From Acidobacteriota bacterium (GTDB lineage: Bacteria; Acidobacteriota; Vicinamibacteria; Vicinamibacterales; UBA2999): a DNA stretch of 64,000 nucleotides. The translations under genes were made by a program, and so were the position numbers. Positions within the stretch are counted from its first letter, which is position 1. The number at the start of each line of letters is the position of its first letter. The notes beneath the pieces are model-generated. The model had not been told where the DNA came from. It made no database searches and worked only from the letters and a program-made list of their open reading frames with translations. The DNA lies in contig JABFSA010000040.1 of assembly GCA_013140775.1 (NCBI GenBank), positions 5,182 to 69,181 of the forward strand, in the 5' to 3' direction. Below are positions 26,478-38,103 of the stretch, piece after piece.

Positions 26478-27511
26478 CTGCCGACGCTCTTCACGCTGAC
26501 TCGACACATCCGAATCCGGACATCTCGGTCGTGATCGTCAGCTGGAATGGCCGCCGGTTCCTCGAGCCGTGTCTTCGCGCGCTGGAGCGGCAGGAGGGCG
26601 TCCGGGCTGAGGTTGTTCTCGTGGACAACGGCTCGACCGACGGCACCGCGGCATTTGTCCGTTCAGTCTTTCCCGGCGTCCGCATCGTTCGTCTCGAAGA
26701 GAATCGTGGATTCGCTGGCGGCAACAACGCAGGCGCGCGTGAGGCCAGGGGCGAGTACCTGGCGTTTCTCAACAACGATACAGAGGCCGACCCGAACTGG
26801 CTTGCAGAACTCCGCGGCGGCATCGATCTGTCGTCCCGGTTCTCACTGGTCACGTCGCGCGTCGTCTACATCCACGACCCGGGTGTGATCGACAGCGCGG
26901 GCGACGGCCTGTTCAGGGCTGGTGCGGCGTTCAAGTGGCACCATGGTGAGCGTGTCGAAACGGCCGAACGTTCGGCGGAGGTATTCGGTGTCTGCGGCGC
27001 CGCCTGTCTGATGCCGAAAGCCATATTCGAAGAGCTGGACGGTTTCGATTCCGATTTCTTTGCCTCGCACGAGGACGTCGATCTGTCGTATCGTGCAAGG
27101 CTTCGTGGCTACAGGTGTCGATACGTGCCATCCGCTGTGGTGCGCCATCACGGCAGCGCCACACTTGGAACGATCAGCCCGTTCGCCGTTTTTCACGGAC
27201 AGCGAAATCTCGAGTGGGTCTATTTCAAGAACACGCCCACGTCGCTCCTCGTCCGTACGTTGCTCAGCCATGTCCTGTACGACGTCGCTGCCGCGATGCA
27301 TTTCGCCAGACTGGGGCGGCTGGGCTCCTTCGTGAAGGCAAAAGGGGCTGCGATAGCCGCGCTGCCGCGGGTCATGTCAAAGCGCGGACACATTCAGAAG
27401 ACGCGGACGACGGATGTTGCTGACATCGAGCCTCACCTCGAACGAAGCTGGCTGACGACGAAGATTCGCGAAAAGAAGTTCGATACCACTCTCGCGGACG
27501 GGCGTCGATGA
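26474..27511 (+). CDS. Glycosyltransferase family 2
   Basis: ISVVIVSWNG, VDNGSTDGT, NRGFAGGNN and EDVDLSYR. ATG 26474 has an ATGA overlap. Confidence 0.9.
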   Translation: MTADALHADSTHPNPDISVVIVSWNGRRFLEPCLRALERQEGVRAEVVLVDNGSTDGTAAFVRSVFPGVRIVRLEENRGFAGGNNAGAREARGEYLAFLNNDTEADPNWLAELRGGIDLSSRFSLVTSRVVYIHDPGVIDSAGDGLFRAGAAFKWHHGERVETAERSAEVFGVCGAACLMPKAIFEELDGFDSDFFASHEDVDLSYRARLRGYRCRYVPSAVVRHHGSATLGTISPFAVFHGQRNLEWVYFKNTPTSLLVRTLLSHVLYDVAAAMHFARLGRLGSFVKAKGAAIAALPRVMSKRGHIQKTRTTDVADIEPHLERSWLTTKIREKKFDTTLADGRR

Positions 27512-28374
27512 CCACGCCCGAAGTGAGCGTGATCATCGTGAACTACAACGCCGGCGATGAGCTCGAGCAGGCGCTGCAGTCCATCGCTGCGGATCTCGCG
27601 CAGCGGGAGTGGGAAGCCGTTGTCGTTGACAACGCCTCGTCGGATGACAGCTCCGCATCGGTTGCCCGGTTCGCGCCACGAGCACGGGTGTTGCGCAACG
27701 ACCAGAACGTGGGTTTTGCGCGAGGAGTCAATCAGGGGCTGACGGCCACGTCCGCGCCGGTCGTGCTGATCATCAATCCTGACTGCCGTCTTGTCGCCGG
27801 TGCATTCGACTGTCTGCTCGATGAGCTCGGGCGGTCGTCTTGCGCGATCGTGGGACCGCGGATTCTGAACCCGGACGGTTCAGCGCAGGGGAGTGCCAGG
27901 GGAGACCCCGACATGCTGACCGGCCTTTTTGGACGAACGAGCGTCCTCAGGCGACTCCTGCCGAATTCGGCTGCGTCGAAGCGAAATGTCGTGGTTGATG
28001 CCGATGGAGAAGAACGGACCAGCAGGACAGTGGACTGGCTTTCGGGGGCGTGCCTTCTGGCTCGTCGCGACGTGCTGTCAACCGTACGAGGATTCGACGA
28101 ACGCTACTTCCTGTACTGGGAGGACGCGGACCTCTGCCGGAGAATCCGGGCGCTGGGCTACCAGGTGCGATACGTACCTGCGGCGACGGCCGTGCATCGC
28201 GTCGGTCATTCCAGTCGCGATGGACGCGCGGCAGCCATTCGCGCATTCCACGAGAGCGCATATCTGTACTACGCCATCCACGTGGCGCCCCGCGCGTTCT
28301 TCAAGAGGGCTCTGGCCCGCGTGCTTCTGAAGGTGCGATGCCGTGTGCGAGTCGCACTGGCCGCCCGCCGCTGA
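27508..28374 (+). CDS. Glycosyltransferase family 2
   Basis: VSVIIVNYNA, VDNASSD, NVGFARGVNQG and EDADLCRR. ATGA overlap upstream. Confidence 0.9.
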   Translation: MTTPEVSVIIVNYNAGDELEQALQSIAADLAQREWEAVVVDNASSDDSSASVARFAPRARVLRNDQNVGFARGVNQGLTATSAPVVLIINPDCRLVAGAFDCLLDELGRSSCAIVGPRILNPDGSAQGSARGDPDMLTGLFGRTSVLRRLLPNSAASKRNVVVDADGEERTSRTVDWLSGACLLARRDVLSTVRGFDERYFLYWEDADLCRRIRALGYQVRYVPAATAVHRVGHSSRDGRAAAIRAFHESAYLYYAIHVAPRAFFKRALARVLLKVRCRVRVALAARR

Positions 28375-28376
28375 AC

Positions 28377-29486
28377 TCAATCCGACGGCACACCTTCCAC
28401 TAGCTTCGCCACGCGCGCTCCAATCGCCAGGCACGCCGTAAGACCAGGCGACTCGATCCCCACTGCCTGAACCAGGCGCGCGCACCGTCCATCCCTTTCA
28501 ATCCGGAAATCGGCAAATGAACTGCCAGGAGGGTGGAGCTTTGGTCGAATGCCGCTTGCACCGAGACGGAGGTCGTCGAGTGTCAGTTCCGGCAGCAATG
28601 GCCGCGCGTGCTCGAGAAAGTACTTGAGCGGCAGCCTGTCGGACTCGTAGTCGTCTTTCCCTGTTTGAAAGCGGACCGTTGGTCCGAACGTGACGTTGCC
28701 ATGAATCGTTCTGGTTGCGTGGACGCCGAGTGAATGGCCCGATCTGTCAGGCAGTGGATACACGAGGCCGTTGATGAGCGATCGTTTCGTCGGTACGAGC
28801 TCCGCGTATTCGCCGCGGCAGGGATAGATCGTGACCTCGTCACCGCCCAGCAGCGCGGAGACCTCGTCCGCATAGAGGCCAGCGGCATTGACCACCGAGC
28901 GCACGTGAATGCGCTCAGACGATGTCGCGAGCTCGAGGCCGTCCGTGACTTCGGTCATGCCGACGAGTGGAGTGCCGAGCAACACAATCACACCCATCTC
29001 GCTGCATTCCCGATACAATGCTGCGATGAGCCGCTCGGCATCAACTATCCCGGTGTGCGGTGAATAGAGCGCGGCTGCGGCGCTCACATGGGGTTCCCTG
29101 GCACGAATGAATCCACGGTCCACGATCTCGAGGCCTTCGACGCCGTTGTCCCTGCCACGTGACTGCAACGCTTCGAGGGCGGGGATCTCTGTGACATCCG
29201 CGGCGATCACGAGCTTTCCGCACCTGGCGTACGGAACACCGTGAGTGGAGCAGAACTCGTAGAGCATCCGGGCGCCATCGACGCAATCCTTCGCTTTGAC
29301 CGAGTTCGCCGGGTAATACAGACCGGCATGAATGACCTGGCTGTTGCGGGTGCTCGTCCCTCGTCCCGGGCGGGAGTCGCGCTCGAGGACACACACGCTG
29401 CGTCCTCCTCGGGCAATGGCCCGCGCGGTGGCCAGACCGACGACTCCGGCCCCGATGACGGCTGTATCGATGCGTGTCGTGTCCAT
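28377..29486 (-). CDS. FAD-dependent oxidoreductase (DAO family, L-2-hydroxyglutarate oxidase-like)
   Basis: Track ORF trimmed to MDTTRIDTAVIGAGVVGLATA (GxGxxG). SQVIHAGLYY. Converges on the GT2 stop with only 2 nt between them. Confidence 0.8.
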   Translation of the reverse strand: MDTTRIDTAVIGAGVVGLATARAIARGGRSVCVLERDSRPGRGTSTRNSQVIHAGLYYPANSVKAKDCVDGARMLYEFCSTHGVPYARCGKLVIAADVTEIPALEALQSRGRDNGVEGLEIVDRGFIRAREPHVSAAAALYSPHTGIVDAERLIAALYRECSEMGVIVLLGTPLVGMTEVTDGLELATSSERIHVRSVVNAAGLYADEVSALLGGDEVTIYPCRGEYAELVPTKRSLINGLVYPLPDRSGHSLGVHATRTIHGNVTFGPTVRFQTGKDDYESDRLPLKYFLEHARPLLPELTLDDLRLGASGIRPKLHPPGSSFADFRIERDGRCARLVQAVGIESPGLTACLAIGARVAKLVEGVPSD

Positions 29487-29550
29487 GACGTATTCGGAAA
29501 TGGTACGATAGGCGTTTGCAAGTGCCTGTGACGGGCCAGTATCGAGGGTG

Positions 29551-31423
<1,873 letters not shown>

Positions 31424-31431
31424 GAGACAGC

Positions 31432-32724
31432 GTGAGCCTCAAGGACAAGATACGGGATCGCAAGGCGCGGATTGGCGTCATCGGGCTGGGCTATGTCGGG
31501 TTGCCGCTGGCGGTCGAGTTTGCCATGAAGGGCTTCGATGTCACCGGCCTTGACGTCGATGAATCCAAGATCAAGGAAATCAACGCGGGCCGCAGCTACA
31601 TTCTGGACGTCAAGACCGAGCACGTGAAGGCGTGTGTCGATGCCGGCCGACTTCGTGCCTCGAGCGACATGTCGCACCTCAAAGACATGGACGCCATCGA
31701 CATCTGCGTGCCCACGCCGCTGCGCAAGACCAAGGACCCGGATCTTTCGTATGTGGTCCAGGCTGTCGATTCCGTGAAGGCGCACCTCAAGAAGGGGCAG
31801 CTCGTCATCCTCGAGTCCACGACCTATCCGGGCACGACCGATGAGGTCGTCCAGCCGGCGCTCGAGGAGAACGGCTTGAAGGCCGGCGTCGATTTTTATC
31901 TCGCGTTTTCACCTGAGCGCGTCGATCCGGGCAACGAGACCTACAGCACCCGCACGATTCCCAAGGTTGTGGGCGGCGTCAACCGTGAGAGTACGGAGCT
32001 GGCTTCGGATCTGTACGGCTCGATCGTGGACACGGTCGTTCCCGTCAGCTCGACGCAGGTGGCTGAGATGGTCAAGCTGCTCGAGAACACGTTCCGTGCC
32101 GTCAACATCGGTCTCGTGAACGAGATCGCCTTGATGGCGCACCGCATGAACATCGACGTGTGGGAAGTCATCGACGCGGCCGGCACGAAGCCGTTCGGCT
32201 TCATGCCGTTCTATCCGGGGCCCGGCCTGGGCGGGCACTGCATTCCGATCGACCCGTTCTACCTGTCCTGGAAGGCGCGTCAGAGCGGGTTCGAATGCCG
32301 GTTCATCGAGCTTGCGGGCCACGTCAACTCCTCAATGCCCGCGTTCGTCGTTGATCGCATCGGCGAGGCGCTGAATACGAGGAAGAAGGCGATCAACGGT
32401 TCGCGGATTCACATCCTTGGTGTCGCGTACAAGAAGGACGTGAGCGACATGCGAGAATCACCGGCGCTGGATGTGATCGAGCTGCTCCATCGGCGCGGCG
32501 CGTCCGTGACCTATTCGGATCCGTTTGTGCCCGTGCTGCAGCACGGTGACGTAGACATGAAAGCGACACCAGAGGGAGCGGACGGTTCCGGTATCGACTG
32601 TGCCGTTATCTGCACCAATCACCGGGTGTTCGACTACGCGGCGATCGTGAAACGCTATCCCCTGATTGTTGACACGCGAAATGCGCTGAAGGGCATTCAG
32701 GCGGACCACATCTTCCGGCTGTAG
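31432..32724 (+). CDS. Nucleotide-sugar 6-dehydrogenase (UDP-HexNAc dehydrogenase type, WecC/TviB/WbpA-like)
   Basis: GTG 31432 follows AGGAG (31422-31426). IGVIGLGYVGLPLAVEFA, and GGHCIPIDP with the catalytic Cys. Confidence 0.85.
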   Translation: MSLKDKIRDRKARIGVIGLGYVGLPLAVEFAMKGFDVTGLDVDESKIKEINAGRSYILDVKTEHVKACVDAGRLRASSDMSHLKDMDAIDICVPTPLRKTKDPDLSYVVQAVDSVKAHLKKGQLVILESTTYPGTTDEVVQPALEENGLKAGVDFYLAFSPERVDPGNETYSTRTIPKVVGGVNRESTELASDLYGSIVDTVVPVSSTQVAEMVKLLENTFRAVNIGLVNEIALMAHRMNIDVWEVIDAAGTKPFGFMPFYPGPGLGGHCIPIDPFYLSWKARQSGFECRFIELAGHVNSSMPAFVVDRIGEALNTRKKAINGSRIHILGVAYKKDVSDMRESPALDVIELLHRRGASVTYSDPFVPVLQHGDVDMKATPEGADGSGIDCAVICTNHRVFDYAAIVKRYPLIVDTRNALKGIQADHIFRL

Positions 32725-32731
32725 CCACTCC

Positions 32732-32756
32732 GGCGGATCCGCTTCGCGGATCCGCC
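32732..32756. terminator. Perfect 11-bp hairpin between convergent genes (putative bidirectional terminator, no U-tract)
   Basis: ggcggatccgc-ttc-gcggatccgcc. It overlaps the stop codon of the minus-strand gene. Confidence 0.45.
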
Positions 32757-34693
32757 TAACGCAGCGGCATCCACGCAATCTCTCTGGCCATGACCGAGAC
32801 CGGCCGGAGTGCGATGCGCTGACCCAGGCGCACTTCCTGCGTCCACATCTGATTCGCGCGGAAGTCCACACGTCTGAACGGCGTGCCCGTGGGCCGCGCG
32901 GGGACATCGATCGTGATCCAGGCGCCGGGCCTCACCTCCGTGCGATCGACAACCCGACCGGCGATTGAGGTCTCGATGATCATTGGCCGCATCATCGGAC
33001 GTGTCTGTGCGCGCAACTGCAGCCGCAGGAAGCCCGTGCCGTCGGGAATGTAGGTGACTGAATGACGTGTCATCCACCTGAACGTGTCACCATCATCGTT
33101 CTCGACTCCATGAAAACCGGAGTCCGGTGGGATTTCAACCGCGCGCTGTGAGGCCATGGCCGCGCGGCCAACGCCGGCTGCGATGAGGACACATCCCGCG
33201 ACGCAGACAACCCGGATGCCGAGAGGCGAGCGGTGGGCTATTCGCGCCGTGGCGGCGACGGCTCCCAACACGATCCAGAACGGCAGTGCCGCCTCCGGCA
33301 CAAGGAGAGGATGGCCGGTCAGGCAGGTCAGCAGATACCCCGTCGTTCCGGCGGTGAGCGCGAGGGTCGCGGCGTCATCGGGTGACTCGCGTAGCCTCAG
33401 CCATCCAACCCAGGACGCTGCCACGACAAGCCACAGAAACGGGAGTCCTCCGGCGACGCCCAGCTCGGAGAATTCCTGCGCGAAGTAGTTGTGCGCATTC
33501 TCGTTGCCGTAGAGCTCTCGCAGCGTTGGCGTCATGAACTCCGCGGAACGGTCGAAGTAGTGGCCGATGCCGACACCGAAGAGCGGGGACGTCGCGAACA
33601 TGCGGGCGCTCGTCTGCAGGAACTGCGAGCGAAGGCTGGCGGATTGCCGGATGTCTCCCTGTCCGAATGACGCGCTCTCCATGCTGACGGCGAGCGAGAG
33701 TCCGGCGGCCAGCACCGCGGCGCACAGAAGCACCGGAAGCCGCGCCGCCCAGCCGGCCCGAACGATGGCAATCAGGCTCACGGCTCCTGCGACGCCGAGA
33801 TACGCCGAACGCGACCCTGCCAGCCATAAGGCTGGAACCAGAAGGCACAGAGACGCCGCCCACCGTCCGCGCTCTGTGGGCCGGGAGACGAGGTACGCCG
33901 CTCCGATGGCGAACGCGATCACGTACAGCGAGCCTGCCGCGTTGACATCAGCCATCGGAAGGCTGAATCGCTCGCCATGCTGCGTGAACCGCTGGATGAA
34001 CCAGGCAGCGTATTGCTCGTTCGACCAGTGCCAGAGGATGACGAGCGGAGTCGTAGCGGCAAGGGTGGTGACCGCGATGCCGATCGTGGCAGCCATGGTC
34101 CGGAGGCTGCCGGTGTGCGAACGCGCGATGCCCATCGCGGCGACAAACAGTCCGAGGCCGGTGAGGCTCTGCAGTAACGTCCAGGTTTCCGCCTCTGGCG
34201 ATGAATAGATGAGGTGATCGCTGGGGATCGACTGAAAGAGAAACTGCGGCATCGCCATCCACGGGATCCCTGGTGCACCCGCAACAGTGAAGGCAAGCCA
34301 GGAACCGAGGAGTGCCGTGCCGAACAGCCACGCCGGGAGTGAAACGAGTCGCGGCCACGGGCTCGTCGCGAGTGGTCGCCACAGCGAGAGAAGCCAGGCC
34401 GCCAGAAACGCCCACGCGAAAAGCTCAGACGCGCGGATGGGAGGACCGGCGAACAGAGCGCCCGTTGGAACGATGACCGCTGTCAGGGCGAGCCCCCACA
34501 GCGGGCGCCACAGCGTGATCGATGCCACCACGACCGCCACACCCGTGCACAGCAGTGGCAGTTCAGGCGCCGCCATGGCGATCCCAACAGACCACGCGAG
34601 CCAGAGTCCGATGAGGATTCGGAAGACCAGGGAGATCCCTGTGACCACAGGCAACGGAACTGTCTCGCGTGGGCGCGAGCCCGGCTCTGTCAC
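32756..34693 (-). CDS. O-antigen ligase/polymerase (Wzy_C)-like polytopic membrane protein with a C-terminal beta-rich domain
   Basis: Many TM segments. LWLAGSRSAYLGVAGAVSLIAI is the typical O-antigen ligase loop. Start set at GTG 34693 (GTGA overlap with the upstream stop); the track start is 34726. Confidence 0.75.
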   Translation of the reverse strand: MTEPGSRPRETVPLPVVTGISLVFRILIGLWLAWSVGIAMAAPELPLLCTGVAVVVASITLWRPLWGLALTAVIVPTGALFAGPPIRASELFAWAFLAAWLLSLWRPLATSPWPRLVSLPAWLFGTALLGSWLAFTVAGAPGIPWMAMPQFLFQSIPSDHLIYSSPEAETWTLLQSLTGLGLFVAAMGIARSHTGSLRTMAATIGIAVTTLAATTPLVILWHWSNEQYAAWFIQRFTQHGERFSLPMADVNAAGSLYVIAFAIGAAYLVSRPTERGRWAASLCLLVPALWLAGSRSAYLGVAGAVSLIAIVRAGWAARLPVLLCAAVLAAGLSLAVSMESASFGQGDIRQSASLRSQFLQTSARMFATSPLFGVGIGHYFDRSAEFMTPTLRELYGNENAHNYFAQEFSELGVAGGLPFLWLVVAASWVGWLRLRESPDDAATLALTAGTTGYLLTCLTGHPLLVPEAALPFWIVLGAVAATARIAHRSPLGIRVVCVAGCVLIAAGVGRAAMASQRAVEIPPDSGFHGVENDDGDTFRWMTRHSVTYIPDGTGFLRLQLRAQTRPMMRPMIIETSIAGRVVDRTEVRPGAWITIDVPARPTGTPFRRVDFRANQMWTQEVRLGQRIALRPVSVMAREIAWMPLR

Positions 34694-35883
34694 GGCCTGC
34701 GGCCGATCGCGGCGTAGTCGAGCCACGTGAACAAGAGGCGGTTGAGACGCTCGACGTTGGCGTTCAGCGTGTCAACCGCATTGCCCAACGACGCGTGTGG
34801 AGCAATCGGCTGGAGCTTGTCGTGTTCGGGATAGGGCGCGCTGTATCTGATGTCCACGTGCTGAAACCCGCTCGCGATCAACAGGTACTTCAGCGTATCC
34901 GGATGCAGGGGACGGACGTGGGTGATATCGCGGATATAGCTCTCGAAGAAGGCGAACCAGCATGCCGGGTTGATCGTCTCGAGCACGATCGGAGAGCCCG
35001 GTCGCAACTTGTCGAAGGCCTCTCCGAGTAGCGCTGTCAGGTACCCCGGCTCGAGGTGCTCGACGACCTGCGCGGCAAAGAGTCCCCCGAGTGAGCCGTC
35101 CGGCTGCGCGCGCAAGTAAGAGAGCGCGTCCGCATTGCTCGCGTCGAGTCCTTGTTGACGGCACACATCAACCATGGCGCCGTTGAGGTCGATGCCGCGC
35201 GCTGTTACGCCTTCGTCTCGCAGCAGCGACAGAAACTCACCGCGGCCGCAACCAATGTCGAGCACATCGCGAGCGCCGGTGAAAAACGGAAGGTACCCTG
35301 ATACCCGCCGGTGAATGTCTTCCTGCGACCCGCGAAACTGGTCCTCAAACCCGACGTACTGATGGCTGTCGAGCGACTCGCGTGAGACCGGCAGCCCTTC
35401 GCTTGCAGCCGGTGTGTCAGTCGTGCGAACAACGCCGCCCTCCGCAAGCTTCGCGACCTCTCGCTTCAGATGCTGCACACCCTGGTGGAGGCCGCTCATC
35501 GAGGCTTGCATCTCCTCATGGGCAGCGGTCAACGCGGCGAGTGCACCAGCGTTCCGCTGGTCGCGCGCCATCAGCGACTGTTCGTAGCGCCGGAGCTCGT
35601 CGAGCGCGCCTTCGACTCGGGTCTCCGTCCAGTCCATGGCTCGAACACTGGCTTCGTGCGTTTCCACGCCTCGGCGATTCAAGTGGTCCACGACGGCGGC
35701 GTTGAACTCCCGCTGCCGGAACAGAAGCCGGGAGATCACGTAGTCCATGTGGCGGACGAGACGCCGTCGCCAGTTGCTCTCTGGCGAAAAGGCGGTCAGG
35801 TTGAAGGTGGCGTTGAGGCGTTCGATCTGCTGGCGATCGGGAGGCGGGATCGGCGCGGGCCTGGGAGGTTGCGGCTCGCTCAT
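34690..35883 (-). CDS. Coiled-coil protein with a C-terminal class I SAM-dependent methyltransferase domain
   Basis: VLDIGCGRGEFLSLL and AAQVVEHLEP. The N-terminal 200 aa are charged and heptad-like (ALDELRRYEQSLMARDQ...LKREVAKLAE). Start at ATG 35883, just after the thiG stop. Confidence 0.75.
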   Translation of the reverse strand: MSEPQPPRPAPIPPPDRQQIERLNATFNLTAFSPESNWRRRLVRHMDYVISRLLFRQREFNAAVVDHLNRRGVETHEASVRAMDWTETRVEGALDELRRYEQSLMARDQRNAGALAALTAAHEEMQASMSGLHQGVQHLKREVAKLAEGGVVRTTDTPAASEGLPVSRESLDSHQYVGFEDQFRGSQEDIHRRVSGYLPFFTGARDVLDIGCGRGEFLSLLRDEGVTARGIDLNGAMVDVCRQQGLDASNADALSYLRAQPDGSLGGLFAAQVVEHLEPGYLTALLGEAFDKLRPGSPIVLETINPACWFAFFESYIRDITHVRPLHPDTLKYLLIASGFQHVDIRYSAPYPEHDKLQPIAPHASLGNAVDTLNANVERLNRLLFTWLDYAAIGRRP

Positions 35884-35887
35884 CGCC

Positions 35888-36667
35888 TCAGCGTCCGACC
35901 ATGCCTTCGACAGGGCTGCTGGCGGTCGCGTACGACTTTCGGGGGATTCGCCCGGAGAGATAGGCCAGGCGCCCGGCAATCACGGCGTGCTTCATCGCCT
36001 CGGCCATTGCAACAGGCTCCTGCGCTCCGGCAATGGCGGTGTTCATCAACACGCCATCCGCACCCAGTTCCATGGCAAGCGCTGCGTCCGACGCCGTTCC
36101 CACCCCTGCGTCGATGATCATCGGAACCCGTGCGAACTCACGGATGATGCGGATGTTATTAGCGTTCTGAATTCCGAGCCCGGAGCCGATGGGTGCGGCC
36201 AGCGGCATCACTGCGCTTGCACCCGCATCTTCGAGCTTCCGGCACGCGATCAGGTCGTCATTCGTGTACGGCAGGACGACGAAACCCTCGCGCACGAGAA
36301 CTCGAGTGGCTTCGATGAGCGCTTCGTTGTCGGGGAACAGCGTCCGCTCGTCACCAATGACTTCAAGCTTGACCCAGTTCGAAAGTCCCGCTTCTCGTCC
36401 AAGCCGCGCGGTACGGATGGCTTCATCCGCCGTGTAGCAACCGGCCGTATTGGGAAGAATGAAAATGTTCGGGTCGATGTAGTCGAGCAGCGACTCCTTC
36501 GAGCGGTCCGAGATGTTGACCCGCCGAAGGGCGACGGTGACCATGTCGGCGCCAGACGCGGCGTGGGCTTGAGCCATCACCGCGTGAGAAGGATATTTTC
36601 CGGTACCAATGATCAGCCGCGACTTGAACGTGCGGCCTGCGATGACAAGGGACGTATCGCCGGGCAT
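35888..36667 (-). CDS. thiG: Thiazole synthase
   Basis: [12 protein letters not shown] and the PIGSGLG-type block ([11 protein letters not shown]). ATG 36667 is preceded by GGAGG; the track start is 36682. Confidence 0.9.
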   Translation of the reverse strand: MPGDTSLVIAGRTFKSRLIIGTGKYPSHAVMAQAHAASGADMVTVALRRVNISDRSKESLLDYIDPNIFILPNTAGCYTADEAIRTARLGREAGLSNWVKLEVIGDERTLFPDNEALIEATRVLVREGFVVLPYTNDDLIACRKLEDAGASAVMPLAAPIGSGLGIQNANNIRIIREFARVPMIIDAGVGTASDAALAMELGADGVLMNTAIAGAQEPVAMAEAMKHAVIAGRLAYLSGRIPRKSYATASSPVEGMVGR

Positions 36668-36671
36668 TCGA

Positions 36672-36926
36672 CTAGCCTCCACCCACGAAGTTCACGATTT
36701 CGATACGGTCGCCTTCGTGCACGAGCGTGTCCGCAAAGAGGGGCCGCCTGAGAATCTCGAGGTTGTGTTCGACCGCGACACGGCGCGCGTCGATCGAGAG
36801 TTTGACCAGCAGGTCAGCGACCGAAAGCGGCTCATCGAGTTCGAACAGTTCGCCGTTGAGCGTGATGCGCAAAGGATCGGGCCGCGAAAACACTTCAGCG
36901 TACTGCGCAGCCGCCAAGGTCGTCAA
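36672..36926 (-). CDS. thiS: Sulfur carrier protein ThiS
   Basis: Ends in [10 protein letters not shown] with the C-terminal GG. A 66-aa version starting at TTG 36872 (LRITLNGE...) is more typical, so the start is uncertain. Confidence 0.8.
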   Translation of the reverse strand: MTTLAAAQYAEVFSRPDPLRITLNGELFELDEPLSVADLLVKLSIDARRVAVEHNLEILRRPLFADTLVHEGDRIEIVNFVGGG

Positions 36927-37003
36927 GGTAAGCCGTTGATTCGGTGCGGGTTGCGTCAGTCTCTGGATCGCCTCCAGCGTTGCCGTGGTTTATAGTGAAC
37001 TCC

Positions 37004-37807
37004 GTGACATCCGGCTCGGCCTCGAACGTCAGACGCCAGTTCCTCGAACGCTACAAGCACGTCCGTGAAGACCACCTGCGCTACATGCAGAAGTGGGGAT
37101 TGATTCGCCTCGAGCCGCAGGCGAGCGGCGATGGACAGTTCTCCTTCGAGGACCTGGCGGTGGTTCGTCAGGCAGACGACTTGCTGGCTGAAGGCATGAG
37201 CTTCAGGGCGGTCGTCCGGAAGCTTGTCGCCTCTCGCTCAGGACAGCTGGCGTTCGACTTTCGGCTGGAAGCGCAACCGGCCAAGGTGCTGCAGTTGACG
37301 CGCCGTGAAACCCTGCGGTCGAACGCACCGGATCCGCCTGTCGCGGACGGTCCGACGGCGGAGGTGCTGTTTCATGAGGCCTCGCAGATCGACCAGGACG
37401 ATCCCGAGCATCTCGACGAGGCCTCGGTCGCCTACCAGCGGGCACTCGCAGCGGATCCAGGCCTGGTCCCTGCCATCATCAATCTCGCGAATATCCACTA
37501 CGCTCGCGACGAAATCGCACAGGCTCAAGCGCTCTACGAACGGGCGATTGCCCTCGAACCGGACGTCTTCGAGGCGTACTTCAATCTAGGCAATGTCTTT
37601 CACGACCTCGGGCGTTACAACGAAGCTCAGGCGTGCTATCGAGAAGCGCTGCGGCTGAATCCCACCTACGCGGACGCGCACTTCTACCTGGCTGTCACTC
37701 TCGAAAAGGACGGTCAGGCTCAGGAGGCTCGCGCGCATTGGCGCGCCTACCAGCAGCTGGCGCCCAACGGAGAGTGGTTCTATCTAGCGCAGGAATTTTC
37801 GGATTGA
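37004..37807 (+). CDS. MerR-like HTH / tetratricopeptide-repeat protein
   Basis: The N-terminus LRYMQKWGLIRL...FSFEDLAVV resembles a MerR HTH. The C-terminus has TPR units (AYFNLGNVFHDLGRYNEAQACYREALRLNP). Start is uncertain between 36944 and 37004. Confidence 0.65.
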   Translation: MTSGSASNVRRQFLERYKHVREDHLRYMQKWGLIRLEPQASGDGQFSFEDLAVVRQADDLLAEGMSFRAVVRKLVASRSGQLAFDFRLEAQPAKVLQLTRRETLRSNAPDPPVADGPTAEVLFHEASQIDQDDPEHLDEASVAYQRALAADPGLVPAIINLANIHYARDEIAQAQALYERAIALEPDVFEAYFNLGNVFHDLGRYNEAQACYREALRLNPTYADAHFYLAVTLEKDGQAQEARAHWRAYQQLAPNGEWFYLAQEFSD

Positions 37808-37820
37808 TGTCGCCGGCGAA

Positions 37821-38084
37821 TCAATACGAGTAGTCGTCCGGCGATCGCTTCTTCGGTACCCGACGGAGCTTGAAGTACACACAGTCCGGACACCAGGCCG
37901 CGGCATCGAAACTGGCGGTGCCCGCGTACGGCTTCACCTCGCGGTGCGTGCAGAACTCCGCGGTGGTGGTATCAGCCGGCTGCATCCATCGGCAGGACCG
38001 GAAGCGAAGCACGGCTGCCGACACGGGCGTCTCGTCCGTTCCGGGCACGCCTTCGGTGTTCTCCGCGGGGACTGCCGGGTCCAC
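37821..38084 (-). CDS. Hypothetical small Cys-containing protein (start uncertain)
   Basis: The ORF has GC-rich third positions. Contains SCRW...FCTH...WCPDC. The track start at 38171 would overlap the helicase 3' end, so internal GTG or ATG starts are more likely. Confidence 0.3.
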   Translation of the reverse strand: MDPAVPAENTEGVPGTDETPVSAAVLRFRSCRWMQPADTTTAEFCTHREVKPYAGTASFDAAAWCPDCVYFKLRRVPKKRSPDDYSY

Positions 38085-38103
38085 AGGCGCGGGCGGTGTG
38101 TTG

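Noticed and set aside
28372-28379. Convergent stops of the GT2 and FAD-oxidoreductase genes only 2 nt apart with no hairpin. The same situation occurs at 54730-54735
   Set aside because: This is unusual-looking but common in compact high-GC genomes. No structure or motif is present to interpret.
36870-37010. Possible TPP riboswitch upstream of thiS-thiG on the minus strand
   Set aside because: I wrote out the minus-strand leader. It has only vague resemblance (ctgacgcaaccc, tctggatcgcctccagcg on the opposite strand). It lacks the CUGAGA and ACCUGAUCUGGAUAAUGCCAGCG core in the correct order and strand. A covariance-model search (RF00059) would be decisive.
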